Below are positions 15,731 through 24,537 of a stretch of 33,147 bases of DNA, piece after piece. Within the stretch, counting starts at the first letter, position 1, and each line of letters starts with the position of its first letter. The notes under the pieces were generated by a model, which worked only from the letters and a program-made list of their open reading frames with translations, was not told where the DNA came from and did no database searches. A program made the translations under genes and the position numbers. This DNA comes from Thermoplasmata archaeon (GTDB taxonomy: Archaea > Thermoplasmatota > Thermoplasmata > Lutacidiplasmatales > UBA184). Location: contig JAKIWU010000001.1 of assembly GCA_022749905.1 (NCBI GenBank), forward strand, positions 1 through 33,147. Direction: 5' to 3'.

Positions 15731-17299
15731 GTGGGGAGCCCGGTCGAGTCCGACCCGGTCATCCGACGCGCCCTCCTCGCCGTTCACGACAAGACCGGCC
15801 TCGTTGAGCTCGCCCGGGCGCTCGAACGCGCAAGCGTCGAACTTCTCGCCACTTCGGGAACCCATGCGTTCCTCGCCCAGGGCGGGATCCGAGCCCGGCC
15901 AGCCGAGGAGCTGACCGGGATCGGCTCGTGGTTCGCGGGGCGGATCAAGACCCTCCATCCGGGACTCCTCGGAGGCATCCTCGCTCCCCGTACGAAGGAG
16001 GGCGTCGCCGAGCTCTCCGCCCACGGCCTCCTGCCGATCGACCTCGTCGTCGTGAACCTCTACCCGTTCGAAGCGCACTGGAAGGCAGAGCCTGGTTCAT
16101 CCAATCACGAGGAGTTCATCGACGTGGGGGGTGTAACCCTCCTGAGGGCCGCTGCGAAGAACCACGACTTCGTCGCTGCGGTCTCGTCGCCCACTCAGTA
16201 CGAGGGCGTGACCGAGGAGCTGGCCGCGCACGGAGGCCGGCTTTCGGGAGAGACGCGGCGGACCCTCGCGATGAAGGCGTTCGAGCGCACGGCGGACTAC
16301 GATGGTGTGATCGCAGCTGCCCTCGGTCCAACGTCGTCGGGATCCCTCGCGATGCCCCAGGAACTGACGCTCCGCCGAGAACCGGCCCAACTTCGCTACG
16401 GCGAGAACCCCCACCAGAAGGCCGCGATCTACCGCTGGGACGTCTCCGAGAGAGACCCCCTCGGGCATCCGGAGTTCGAGCTCATCAAGGGCGAGGCGCT
16501 CTCGTACACGAACCTCCTCGACCTCGACACGGCCCTCGGGATCGTCTCCGAGTTCGAGCGACCCGCCGCAGCGATCACCAAGCACGCGAACCCGTGTGGT
16601 GCGGCGTCCGCCGAAACGGCCGCCGAAGCCCTTGCCCGAGCCGTGGCGACCGATCCGGTCGCGCGCTACGGATGCGCGATCGCTCTCAACCGGACGCTCA
16701 CGGCAGAGGATGCCGAACCGCTCCGTGGCGTCTTCGTCGATCTCCTCGCGGCACCGGCGTTCGAAACGGACGCACTCGAACGGCTTACCGCGCGCCCGAA
16801 GATCAAGCTCGTGCGCATCGCCCCTTTCCCGGCCGGCGCGGCGCGTTGGGAGCTGCGCTCCGCCGTCGGCCGCGTGCTCCTCGAGCAGGTCGACCAGCGG
16901 ATTCTGCTCCCCGGCGATCTCCGCCAGGTCACGCGCGCGGCCGCGTCGGAACGGGACCTTGCCGCCCTCTCCTTCGCCTGGAAGGTCGTCCGACACGCGC
17001 GCTCGAACGCGATCGTCCTTGCCGACGGCTCGGCCACCGTCGGGATCGGCGCAGGTCAGCCGGTGCGCCTACGCTCCGTCGAGCTCGCGATCGGCGTCGC
17101 CGGGGAGAGGGCGCGCGGCTCGGTCCTCGCCTCGGACGCCTTCTTCCCCTTCGCGGACGGTGTGGAAGCCGCGGGGACCGCCGGTGTTCGCGCGATCCTC
17201 CAGCCCGGGGGAAGCATCCGTGACGCCGAGGTTATCGCGGCCGCGGATCGCCACGGGATCGCGATGTACTGCACCGGTTGGCGGGTGTTCCGCCATTAG
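15731..17299 (+). CDS. purH: Bifunctional AICAR formyltransferase / IMP cyclohydrolase
   Basis: [59 protein letters not shown], and C-terminal GGSIRD. GTG start. Confidence 0.95.
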   Translation: MGSPVESDPVIRRALLAVHDKTGLVELARALERASVELLATSGTHAFLAQGGIRARPAEELTGIGSWFAGRIKTLHPGLLGGILAPRTKEGVAELSAHGLLPIDLVVVNLYPFEAHWKAEPGSSNHEEFIDVGGVTLLRAAAKNHDFVAAVSSPTQYEGVTEELAAHGGRLSGETRRTLAMKAFERTADYDGVIAAALGPTSSGSLAMPQELTLRREPAQLRYGENPHQKAAIYRWDVSERDPLGHPEFELIKGEALSYTNLLDLDTALGIVSEFERPAAAITKHANPCGAASAETAAEALARAVATDPVARYGCAIALNRTLTAEDAEPLRGVFVDLLAAPAFETDALERLTARPKIKLVRIAPFPAGAARWELRSAVGRVLLEQVDQRILLPGDLRQVTRAAASERDLAALSFAWKVVRHARSNAIVLADGSATVGIGAGQPVRLRSVELAIGVAGERARGSVLASDAFFPFADGVEAAGTAGVRAILQPGGSIRDAEVIAAADRHGIAMYCTGWRVFRH

Positions 17300-17637
17300 G
17301 CGAACGCGAAGTACCGCTTGAGGATCGAGCGGAACTCGACCGAGCCGACGGGACCGATCTCTCGGCCCTTCTCGCGGCCGTGGTCGAGGAACAGGTACGT
17401 CGGGATCGAGTGGATCCCGAACGACCGGGTCACGCGGTCAGAGTCGTCGACGTTGATCTTCGCGAACTTCACGCGCCCGGCGAGGCTCGCCGAGAGCTCG
17501 AGCAGGACCGGCTCCGCGGTCTTGCAGGGTCCGCACCAGTCCGCGTAGAAGTCCACGACGACGGGAAGCGCCGACCGGATCACTTCGTTGTCGAAGGTGT
17601 CGTCTGTGACCACGATGAGCCCCGCATCGATCCCCAT
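17296..17637 (-). CDS. trxA: Thioredoxin
   Basis: VVDFYADWCGPCK active site, and TDDTFDNEV aligned to E. coli TrxA TDDSFDTDV. ATG 17637 gives 113 aa; the track ORF starts at GTG 17664. It overlaps the purH stop by 4 nt in convergent orientation. Confidence 0.9.
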   Translation of the reverse strand: MGIDAGLIVVTDDTFDNEVIRSALPVVVDFYADWCGPCKTAEPVLLELSASLAGRVKFAKINVDDSDRVTRSFGIHSIPTYLFLDHGREKGREIGPVGSVEFRSILKRYFAFA

Positions 17638-17678
17638 CCTGTCGTGGCCCCGGGCTTCGAGCACGGAGGGGGTGCTTA

Positions 17679-18872
17679 ATGATTCTCACTCGCTGGAAGG
17701 GCGTGGCCCGTCGGGCGAGCCGAACCGCCACGACGCGGCCCGGCCGGCCCTCACCAAAGATCACGCCGGCCCTGCTTCGGTGGTTTGACACTCGCCAACG
17801 GCCGCTGCCGTGGCGCCGGCGACGAAACCCGTACCGCGTCTGGGTCTCCGAGGTGATCCTCCAGCAGACCCGCGTCCTGCCGGCGGTTCGGATCTTCGAG
17901 CGGTTCGTGCAGCGATTCCCGAACGTGCAGTCTCTGGCCGAGGCGTCCGAAGAGGAGGTCCTGAAAGTGTGGGAGGGCGCCGGGTACTACGCGCGTGCGC
18001 GCCGTCTTCGGGCCGCCGCACGTCAGATCTGCGCCCACGGAGCACCGCGCTGGCCGAGGACGCTCGAAGGGTGGCGCTCCTTGCCCGGAGTCGGATCGTA
18101 CACCGCTGCAGCCGTTGCGAGCCTCGCGGATGCGATTCCTGTGGTTGCTCTCGACGCGAACGCGAAGCGCGTGGCCGCGCGCTGGACCCTCGCGACGGTG
18201 GCGGAGCGTGGACACCGCGGCGCTTCCGCTCTCGAGCACGCCTTGGGCTCGATCCTCCCGACAGGGCGCGCCGGGGCGTTCAACGAGGCGGTCATGGAGC
18301 TCGGGGAAACCATCTGCACGCCCCGGGCTCCCAAGTGTGGGATCTGCCCGGTCTCTCGGTACTGTCTGGCCTTCCGAACCCTCGACGATCCGGGAAGGAT
18401 CCCGCCTCGAGTTCCGCGAGCCCCTCGTCCCCGGATCTCTGCCGCGGTCGTCGCCCTCGAGCGCAACGGGAGGTGGTTGGTCCACCGACGAGCGTCGGAG
18501 GGACCGCTCGGGGGTCTCTGGGAGCTTCCCGGGGGCAAGATCGAGCGGGGCGAGAACGCCGAGAGGACCGCCCGGCGGGAGCTCGAGGAGGAGACGTGTC
18601 TCCAGGCGGGTCGGCTCGAGGGGGTCGGGACGGTACGCCACGCGTACACCCAGTTCGCGGTGGAGCTCCATGTGTTCCGGGCCGACCTGGACGCTCCGCT
18701 CCAGCGACCCACCACCCCTGCCGGTTGGAGGTGGGTAAGTCCCCGCGAGTTCGAGGCTCTCCCGCGACCGATCGCGACGGTGAAAGCGATGCGGCTCGTC
18801 GGCGCTCCGAGAGGACCCAGGAGCCCTCGCGGTGCCATCGGCCATAACCCATCGGTGCGGAAAACTATATAG
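17679..18872 (+). CDS. mutY: A/G-specific adenine DNA glycosylase (MutY) with NUDIX-like C-terminal domain
   Basis: LPWRRRRNPYRVWVSEVILQQTRV, the HhH-GPD region, the 4Fe-4S loop CTPRAPKCGICPVSRYC, and C-terminal GLWELPGGKIERGE..ARRELEEE. Confidence 0.9.
   Translation: MILTRWKGVARRASRTATTRPGRPSPKITPALLRWFDTRQRPLPWRRRRNPYRVWVSEVILQQTRVLPAVRIFERFVQRFPNVQSLAEASEEEVLKVWEGAGYYARARRLRAAARQICAHGAPRWPRTLEGWRSLPGVGSYTAAAVASLADAIPVVALDANAKRVAARWTLATVAERGHRGASALEHALGSILPTGRAGAFNEAVMELGETICTPRAPKCGICPVSRYCLAFRTLDDPGRIPPRVPRAPRPRISAAVVALERNGRWLVHRRASEGPLGGLWELPGGKIERGENAERTARRELEEETCLQAGRLEGVGTVRHAYTQFAVELHVFRADLDAPLQRPTTPAGWRWVSPREFEALPRPIATVKAMRLVGAPRGPRSPRGAIGHNPSVRKTI
18861..18872 (+). promoter_or_regulatory. 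BRE/TATA-like element AAAACTATATAG overlapping the last codons of mutY
   Basis: A 12-mer with only two G/C, in DNA that is about two-thirds G+C. The palindromic core is CTATATAG. It lies about 150 nt upstream of the next start codon (19020). Confidence 0.3.
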
Positions 18873-19019
18873 TCACTCGCGGATTTCTGGAGTTCGGCCT
18901 CGGGCACCGTCCGGACGCGTTCGGGTGGCAGGTCCACAAGACCCGGCGCGATCGGGCGGTGCCTTCCCACTTCCTCTCGAACGACAGCTTGAAGGGCGCG
19001 CCTGCGCCGTTTTCGTCGG

Positions 19020-19736
19020 ATGTCTCCCCTATTCGGACCCTCCCGTCACGACCTCCGTCGGGCCGCCCAAGCACTCCGCGAGCTCGGACCCACCTCGGTC
19101 GCGGGCCTCGCGGCCGCGCTCACATGGTCGGAGAGGAAGACGGAGAAGGCGCTCCACGCCCTCGTTCGGATACCCGGAAGCGGAGTGGGATACGACGCGC
19201 GCGCGCGAGCCGCCCGCCCCGATCGAGGGAAAGCGGGCGCCCCGATGCGGGCACCCGCGCTGGCCGCGCGCTCCTCGCTGCCTCCTACTGGTGGAGTCTC
19301 CGCTCCCACGGCGGGCATCGCTGTTGCCGAACCGTCGACCCCGGCCGAACCGGCACCAAGCTGGGGGGGGCGCGCGGTCTGTCCGTCGTGTTCCGCGAAG
19401 CTCGAGCCGCTCGAGACGAAGGAGGCCCTCGTCTGCCGTTCGTGCGGGCGCATCGTGCCCCTCCCTCGACGTCAGGGTTCGCCCGCTCTCCCGACAGGAT
19501 CCACCCCGAACCTCGTGGTTGGTTCGCGGGGGCCGGTCCTCGACCGCAAGGCGCAGGAGATGCTCGCTGCGTACGTGACCTCGCAGCCAATCCCCTGCCC
19601 GAAGTGCCGGCGCCCGATGCAGCACCACGGAGTCGCGGCCTACGCCTGTCCGGCCTGCGGCGAGAACATTCGGTTCACGGCTCCCGCCCTGCCCGACCTC
19701 TCTCCCGCCAGCGCGGCGGCACCGATCCCCTCCTAG
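19020..19736 (+). CDS. Hypothetical protein: N-terminal wHTH-like region plus two CxxC...CxxC zinc ribbons
   Basis: LRRAAQALRELGPTSVAGLAAALTWSERKTEKALHALV, a Pro/Ala-rich linker, then CPSC-x14-CRSC and CPKC-x14-CPAC. GC3 is about 80 percent in this frame. The competing frames are Arg/Ser/Pro-rich. Confidence 0.5.
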   Translation: MSPLFGPSRHDLRRAAQALRELGPTSVAGLAAALTWSERKTEKALHALVRIPGSGVGYDARARAARPDRGKAGAPMRAPALAARSSLPPTGGVSAPTAGIAVAEPSTPAEPAPSWGGRAVCPSCSAKLEPLETKEALVCRSCGRIVPLPRRQGSPALPTGSTPNLVVGSRGPVLDRKAQEMLAAYVTSQPIPCPKCRRPMQHHGVAAYACPACGENIRFTAPALPDLSPASAAAPIPS

Positions 19737-19788
19737 GGATGTCCTGTTCGGAGGGCGAAGTCCCTCCGTCCTCTGAGAGCGGGAAGTC

Positions 19789-21315
19789 TCAGAACGGAGT
19801 TTCCGACCGGACGCGCGCAACCAGCGAGCCATCGGCGAGGCGCTCGGAGAGCGAGCGGATATCTGGCTCCGGCGAACGATCGCTTGCCCACGGGGCAACG
19901 GTCTCCCGGACGGCCCGCAGCGCCGCCTCGGTCCCCTTCCCGCCGTTCGCCGGTCGTCGGAGCTCGAGCGCCTGCGCGCTCACGAGCCACTCGACCGCGA
20001 GGACCGTCCTCGTGTTCTCGATCACCCGGCGAAGTTTCGCGCCGGCCCACGGGCCCATGCTGACGAAGTCCTCCTGATCGGCGGAGGTCGGCAGGCTCGC
20101 GACGCTCGCAGGATGCGTGAGCGTGAGGTTCTCGTTGACGAGGGCTGCAGCGAGGTACTGCGGGATCATGAGTCCGGAACTTCGGCCGGCCTCCGGGGCG
20201 AGGAATGCGGGGAGACCGCGATTCTTCGCGGGGTCGATGAGCCGGGCCGTCCGGCGCTCGGAGAACGCAGCAAGGTACTGGGTCGCGATCGCAAGGGTGT
20301 CGAGCGCGAACGCGAGATGCTGTCCGTGAAAATTGCCGCCGTTGACGAACTCGTCCCCCTCGAAGACGACCGGATTGTCCGAGACCGCGTTGAGCTCGGC
20401 CTCGGCGACGTGGCGGGCGAAGCCGAGCGCGAGGCGTACGGCCGCGAGGACCTGCGGAAGGCAGCGGAGCGTGTAGGGATCCTGGCCGCGGTACTCGGGA
20501 CGGCTCGCCGCGAGGCGGCTTCCCTCGAGGAGGCGTCGCAGCACTTCGGCCTCGTGGCGTTGCTCCGGCGAGTGCCGAAGCTGTCCGAGGCGGTCGTCGA
20601 GAGCTCCCGGATCGCCCTGGAGGGCGTCGAAGGAGATCGCCCCGGCGACCTCCGCCGCGGCGAGAAGGAGCTCGACGTCCGCGATCGCGAGCGCGAGATA
20701 GGCGGTCATGAGGCTCGTGCCGTTCACCAATGCGACTCCCTCCTTCTCGACGAGTTCGAGCCGGGAGAGCCCCGCCTCGCGGAGTGCGGGTCCGGCGGGG
20801 AGGCGGGCCCCGGTCGGACCGAGGAACTCTCCCTCCCCGATGAGCGGGAGCGCGAGATGGGCGAGCGGCGCGAGGTCGCCGGATGCCCCCACCGAACCCT
20901 GCGTGGGGACCCAGGGGGTCAGACGGAGGTTGAGGAACTCGACGAGCCGTTCCACGAGTTCGGGGCGGACCCCCGAGTGCCCGGCGGCGAGCGAGTTCGC
21001 CCGCACGAGCAGCATGCAGCGGACGATCTCCGCCGGGAGGGGCGGACCGGCCCCGCTCGCGTGGCTCCTCAGGAGGCTCGTCTGGAGGGCACGCGCCTCG
21101 GACGGTGGGATGCGGCGGTCGGAGAGTCCGCCGAATCCGGTGGTGATCCCGTAGACGATCCGGCCCCGTTCAATGGCCCGTTCCACCACGCGCCGGCTGG
21201 CTGCCATGGCCGTGCGTGCCTCCTGGGTCACGGAGACGCCGCAGCCGGCTCGGGCGACCGCGAGAACGTGATCGAGCGAGAGGGAATGACCGTCGATCGG
21301 GAGGCTCTCGGTCAT
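19789..21315 (-). CDS. hutH: Histidine ammonia-lyase
   Basis: GITTGFGGLS and the MIO-forming GSVGASGDLAPLAHL. The selectivity pair is Ser-His (LLRSHASGAG), as in HAL rather than TAL or PAL. Confidence 0.92.
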   Translation of the reverse strand: MTESLPIDGHSLSLDHVLAVARAGCGVSVTQEARTAMAASRRVVERAIERGRIVYGITTGFGGLSDRRIPPSEARALQTSLLRSHASGAGPPLPAEIVRCMLLVRANSLAAGHSGVRPELVERLVEFLNLRLTPWVPTQGSVGASGDLAPLAHLALPLIGEGEFLGPTGARLPAGPALREAGLSRLELVEKEGVALVNGTSLMTAYLALAIADVELLLAAAEVAGAISFDALQGDPGALDDRLGQLRHSPEQRHEAEVLRRLLEGSRLAASRPEYRGQDPYTLRCLPQVLAAVRLALGFARHVAEAELNAVSDNPVVFEGDEFVNGGNFHGQHLAFALDTLAIATQYLAAFSERRTARLIDPAKNRGLPAFLAPEAGRSSGLMIPQYLAAALVNENLTLTHPASVASLPTSADQEDFVSMGPWAGAKLRRVIENTRTVLAVEWLVSAQALELRRPANGGKGTEAALRAVRETVAPWASDRSPEPDIRSLSERLADGSLVARVRSETPF

Positions 21316-21382
21316 CGGTGCGACGATGGCCCGTGGGATGCCGATCCCCAGGGCCCCGGAGGGATCTCGATCTCCGTCGGGA

Positions 21383-21919
21383 TCACGCCGCGGGGACCGG
21401 GTAGATCATGTCGCCCCCCGACTTCTGCAGGGACGGCTGGCGCCGGGTGCCCGCTCCCTTCGTCTTCCAGAAGGTCTCGGCGATCCCTTGAACGGCGGCG
21501 AGGAGCGCCTGGGCGTCCGCGAGGTTCGTGCCCTGTCGGGCCTTGGAGGCGAGCTTCATCGCCTGGAAGAACTGCTCGTGGAGCTGGGGGTACTGCTTCA
21601 GATGGTCCGGGGTGAAGTAGTCCGCCCAGATCACCCGAAGTTCGCTCTTCACGCGTTCCGCGTGGGCCTCCTTGACGAGCATGAAGCGAGCAAGCTTCGC
21701 CTGGGACGTCTCCATCTCCTCGGGGGTGTTCGGCTTCGGGAGCGCGCGCAGCTCGCCGATCAGCTGGTCCATCCGGAGGACGGTGAGCGCACCGATCTGG
21801 GCCTCGTGCGGATCGTAAATCCCGCAGGGAATGTCACAATGGGCTCGTACCGTCACCGGCGGCCGAAGCGCGTCGATGATCGCGTTGCCTAGGCTGAACA
21901 CCGCCTTCCGGTCGAACAT
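21383..21919 (-). CDS. sodN: Nickel-containing superoxide dismutase precursor
   Basis: Ni-hook HCDIPCGIYDP preceded by the pro-peptide ...PPVTVRA (compare Streptomyces ...PKVTVSA|HCDLPCGVYDP). Four-helix-bundle-sized body, 178 aa. Confidence 0.9.
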   Translation of the reverse strand: MFDRKAVFSLGNAIIDALRPPVTVRAHCDIPCGIYDPHEAQIGALTVLRMDQLIGELRALPKPNTPEEMETSQAKLARFMLVKEAHAERVKSELRVIWADYFTPDHLKQYPQLHEQFFQAMKLASKARQGTNLADAQALLAAVQGIAETFWKTKGAGTRRQPSLQKSGGDMIYPVPAA

Positions 21920-21943
21920 GACGCGCGAAGCGCCGTTGGTGGG

Positions 21944-21948
21944 ATAAA
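21944..21948 (-). promoter_or_regulatory. Candidate TATA box (TCTTTATCCC on minus strand), 24 nt upstream of sodN ATG 21919
   Basis: TTTAT-N24-ATG. It lies in the 30-bp divergent gap between sodN and sodX. Confidence 0.4.
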
Positions 21949-21949
21949 G

Positions 21950-22483
21950 ATGCCGGACGAAGGCACGCCACTACCGGTGGAGAGACCGTCCGGGCGGCCC
22001 CGATCGCTCTGGGAGAACGCCGTCCGGATGCTCCGCAGTCGCCGCGCGATCGTCGAGGATTCGAGCATGGAGCCGGAGTTCCTACCCGGAGATCGACTCC
22101 GATTCGCACCGCCCGACCCGAACCGCGCTCCGCTTGGTGTCGGTGACATCGTGGTCCTCTCGGACCCGGACCGGAGCGGCCGCCTCTTGCTCAAGGAGGT
22201 CGCTGCGACCGCAGGGTCGGCGGTCTCCGTCACGCGCTCGGGCGTCGTGGTAACGCGAGAACCGACTTCCGCCACGAAGGAGGAGGCGATCGAGCTCGTC
22301 CGGGTGCCTCCCGGACACGTGTACGTGGTCTCGCGTCGACCAGCGGGCGCCCGGGACAGCCGGACCTTCGGGCCGATCCCGGTGTCGCTCGTCCTTGGGC
22401 GAGTCTGGTATCGGTATGCACCGAACGCCCGGCGGGGCCCAGTCGGTGCTCGACCTCCCGAGGGCCCCCCTCCCAAACATTAA
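21950..22483 (+). CDS. sodX: S26-family signal-peptidase-like NiSOD maturation protease
   Basis: VEDSSMEPEFLPGDRL (catalytic Ser in the SMEP box), GDIVVL, and PGHVYVVSRRPAGARDSRTFGPIP (S26 box E-like). Divergent from sodN, as in Streptomyces. Confidence 0.75.
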   Translation: MPDEGTPLPVERPSGRPRSLWENAVRMLRSRRAIVEDSSMEPEFLPGDRLRFAPPDPNRAPLGVGDIVVLSDPDRSGRLLLKEVAATAGSAVSVTRSGVVVTREPTSATKEEAIELVRVPPGHVYVVSRRPAGARDSRTFGPIPVSLVLGRVWYRYAPNARRGPVGARPPEGPPPKH

Positions 22484-22484
22484 C

Positions 22485-22507
22485 CGATGTGGCAAGATGC
22501 CACATCG
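22485..22507. repeat. Perfect 9-bp inverted repeat CGATGTGGC-AAGAT-GCCACATCG
   Basis: Read directly from the sequence. It starts 1 nt after the sodX stop (TAA 22481-22483) and ends immediately before ATG 22508. Confidence 0.6.
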
Positions 22508-23584
22508 ATGGACCGCACTCTGTCGCGACGCCTGGAGATCCTCCTGGTGGCCGCCCTGATGGTCGTCTCCGCGGGCACGGGATACGCCGTGAGCGCCCTC
22601 GCATTGCACGGTGCTCCGGCCCCCGGTCCCTCCGAGGTCTCCCACACGCTCTGGATCAGTGCGGCAGGTACGCTCGGCGCCATCTTCCCGAAGCTCGCCA
22701 ACGATCTCGCCAATCTGACGCCCGGGATCAGCGTCCCGACGGCCTCGCAACAGTACCAAGGCAGCATCGCCGCGATCCAAGCGGCGATCGGGCATTCCCC
22801 CGCCTTCGACATCGTCGCGTCGGCGGACTATCGTCTCATTCCCCGCCTCATGGAACCCGGGCAGGCGTCGTGGGAGGCCATCTTCGCGACCACCCCCGAA
22901 GTGCTCGCCTACGACCCTTCCGTATCGGCCCTCTCGGGAATCACCACGGCGAACTGGACGACCAAGCTCGAGGCGACGGGCGTGACGCTCGGCGTCGCGA
23001 ACGCCTCGGTCGATCCGAACGGCTACAACGCGATCTTCGTCCTCGAGCTCGAGGGGCTCCTCGAGAACGGAAACGCCTCGAGCGTCTACGGACACTTCTT
23101 CTCGACTCCGCCTGGGTCGCTCGCCCTCGCGAACCCCACGACCGCGCGGGTCGAACCTGAGGCTCAGGCCGCGACGTTGCTCACCACGCACGAGATCTCA
23201 GCGTTTCTCATTTACCGGTCGTACGCGATCCAGCACCATCTCTCCTACGTTGACCTCGATCCCCGGGTCAACCTCGGCAACCTCAGCACCTCGGCCATCA
23301 CGTTCGACGCACGTGCCTCGACGATGATCCTCGGGGGGGCCGGTGGGACGACCGTCCTCCGGGGGGCACCGATCGCCTTCGCCGTGACGGTGCCGACCCC
23401 CTCGACGAACGCGACCCTCGGGGCGCTGTTCGTCCACCTTCTGCTGTCCCCGCGCGGGGTAGGCGAACTCTCCGCCGCCGGCTTCACACCGGTCTTCCCA
23501 GGTTGGGCCGACAAGACCGCCCTGGTTCCGCCTCTGCTCGCTCCCGACGTCGTAGCGATGCCATCGTCGCTTCCCGCACCGTGA
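22508..23584 (+). CDS. Molybdate/tungstate-type ABC transporter substrate-binding protein (ModA/WtpA-like), membrane-anchored
   Basis: N-terminal anchor MDRTLSRRLEILLVAALMVVSAG, a periplasmic-binding-protein-sized body, and operon context with a ModB-like permease, ATPase and ModE-like regulator. Alternative ATG 22487 lies inside the palindrome. Several N-X-S/T sequons. The family assignment is mostly contextual. Confidence 0.65.
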   Translation: MDRTLSRRLEILLVAALMVVSAGTGYAVSALALHGAPAPGPSEVSHTLWISAAGTLGAIFPKLANDLANLTPGISVPTASQQYQGSIAAIQAAIGHSPAFDIVASADYRLIPRLMEPGQASWEAIFATTPEVLAYDPSVSALSGITTANWTTKLEATGVTLGVANASVDPNGYNAIFVLELEGLLENGNASSVYGHFFSTPPGSLALANPTTARVEPEAQAATLLTTHEISAFLIYRSYAIQHHLSYVDLDPRVNLGNLSTSAITFDARASTMILGGAGGTTVLRGAPIAFAVTVPTPSTNATLGALFVHLLLSPRGVGELSAAGFTPVFPGWADKTALVPPLLAPDVVAMPSSLPAP

Positions 23585-24537
23585 CCTCGACGCTTTCTGA
23601 GACGGGAGCCCGGCTCGCCCACGGAGCGCCGCGCGCCGTCGCGATCGTTCTCTCCGCTTCCCTCCTCATCCTCTTCGTCCTTCCCATCGTTGCGCTCGTC
23701 ACCTACGTCCCCCCCGGAACGTCCGCCCCTTCGGTCCCGCCCCCTCCGCGGGCGGGCGCCCTCGCCCCGCTCTGGCCGGGCCCGGGGGCACCAACCTGGC
23801 TCGTCGAGATTGCGAAGGCCGCCGGTGACCCCGGCGCGGAGACCGCGCTCTCCTTCACCCTGTTCGCCTCCGGCATCGCCCTCGCCGTATCCTTCGTCCT
23901 CGGCGTGCCGCTCGGCTACCTCCTCGCACGCCACCGCTTCCCCGGCCGCTCGCTCGTTGAGGCAGCCGTGGCCCTTCCTGTCGTCGTGCCCCATCTCGTC
24001 GCGGGACTCGCCCTGCTCCTCCTGTTCCAGCCTCAGTCCCCGATCGGCTCCCTCGCGATCCAGCTCGGCGTGCCGGTGTTCGGAACGATCTGGGGCGTCG
24101 CGCTGGTGATGATCTACGTGAGCGCGCCCTACACCGTACTCGCGAGCGAGCTCTCGTTCCGAGCGGTCGATGCCGGCGCGGTCGAGGCGGCGCGGACGCT
24201 CGGCGCCTCCCCCGCACAGGCGTTCCAGCACGTCACTCTGCCTCTCGCCCTCCGGGGCATCCTCGCCGGAGGGATCCTCACGTGGGCCCGGGCGGTCAGC
24301 GAGATCGGGGGGTTCCTGATCCTCGCCTACTCGGTGTACCCGTCGGGTCCCTACCAGGGCCCGGTCACGAGCACGCTCTCGGTCTACCTGTACAACCTCT
24401 ACCAGATCGAAGGGATCGTTGGGGTGGCGAGCACGGCATCCGCGTTCCTCCTCCTCGCCTTCGGCATCTTCCTCGCCGTCCGCCTCCTCGAGCGGTGGGG
24501 GCGCCTCCCGTGGGCCCCCCGGGGCCTCCTCCCATGA
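23581..24537 (+). CDS. ABC transporter permease (ModB/CysTW-like)
   Basis: Multiple TM segments and the EAA loop VEAARTLGASPAQAFQHVTLPLALRGI. GTG 23581 overlaps the upstream stop (GTGA). Confidence 0.8.
   Translation: MTSTLSETGARLAHGAPRAVAIVLSASLLILFVLPIVALVTYVPPGTSAPSVPPPPRAGALAPLWPGPGAPTWLVEIAKAAGDPGAETALSFTLFASGIALAVSFVLGVPLGYLLARHRFPGRSLVEAAVALPVVVPHLVAGLALLLLFQPQSPIGSLAIQLGVPVFGTIWGVALVMIYVSAPYTVLASELSFRAVDAGAVEAARTLGASPAQAFQHVTLPLALRGILAGGILTWARAVSEIGGFLILAYSVYPSGPYQGPVTSTLSVYLYNLYQIEGIVGVASTASAFLLLAFGIFLAVRLLERWGRLPWAPRGLLP

Noticed and set aside
17751-18970. ORFs 17751..18845 (-), 17810..18847 (+) and 18023..18970 (-) over mutY
   Set aside because: Only the 17679..18872 frame shows the HhH-GPD, 4Fe-4S loop and NUDIX motifs.
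19363-19370. G8 homopolymer as a possible phase-variation or frameshift site
   Set aside because: The reading frame is intact across it (TGG GGG GGG CGC), and no truncated or alternative product is evident from a single sequence.
18959-20077. 372-aa plus ORF spanning the zinc-ribbon gene and the 3' part of hutH
   Set aside because: It has Arg/Ser/Pro-rich composition and overlaps the well-supported hutH in antisense. The 19020 frame has better GC3 and CxxC structure.
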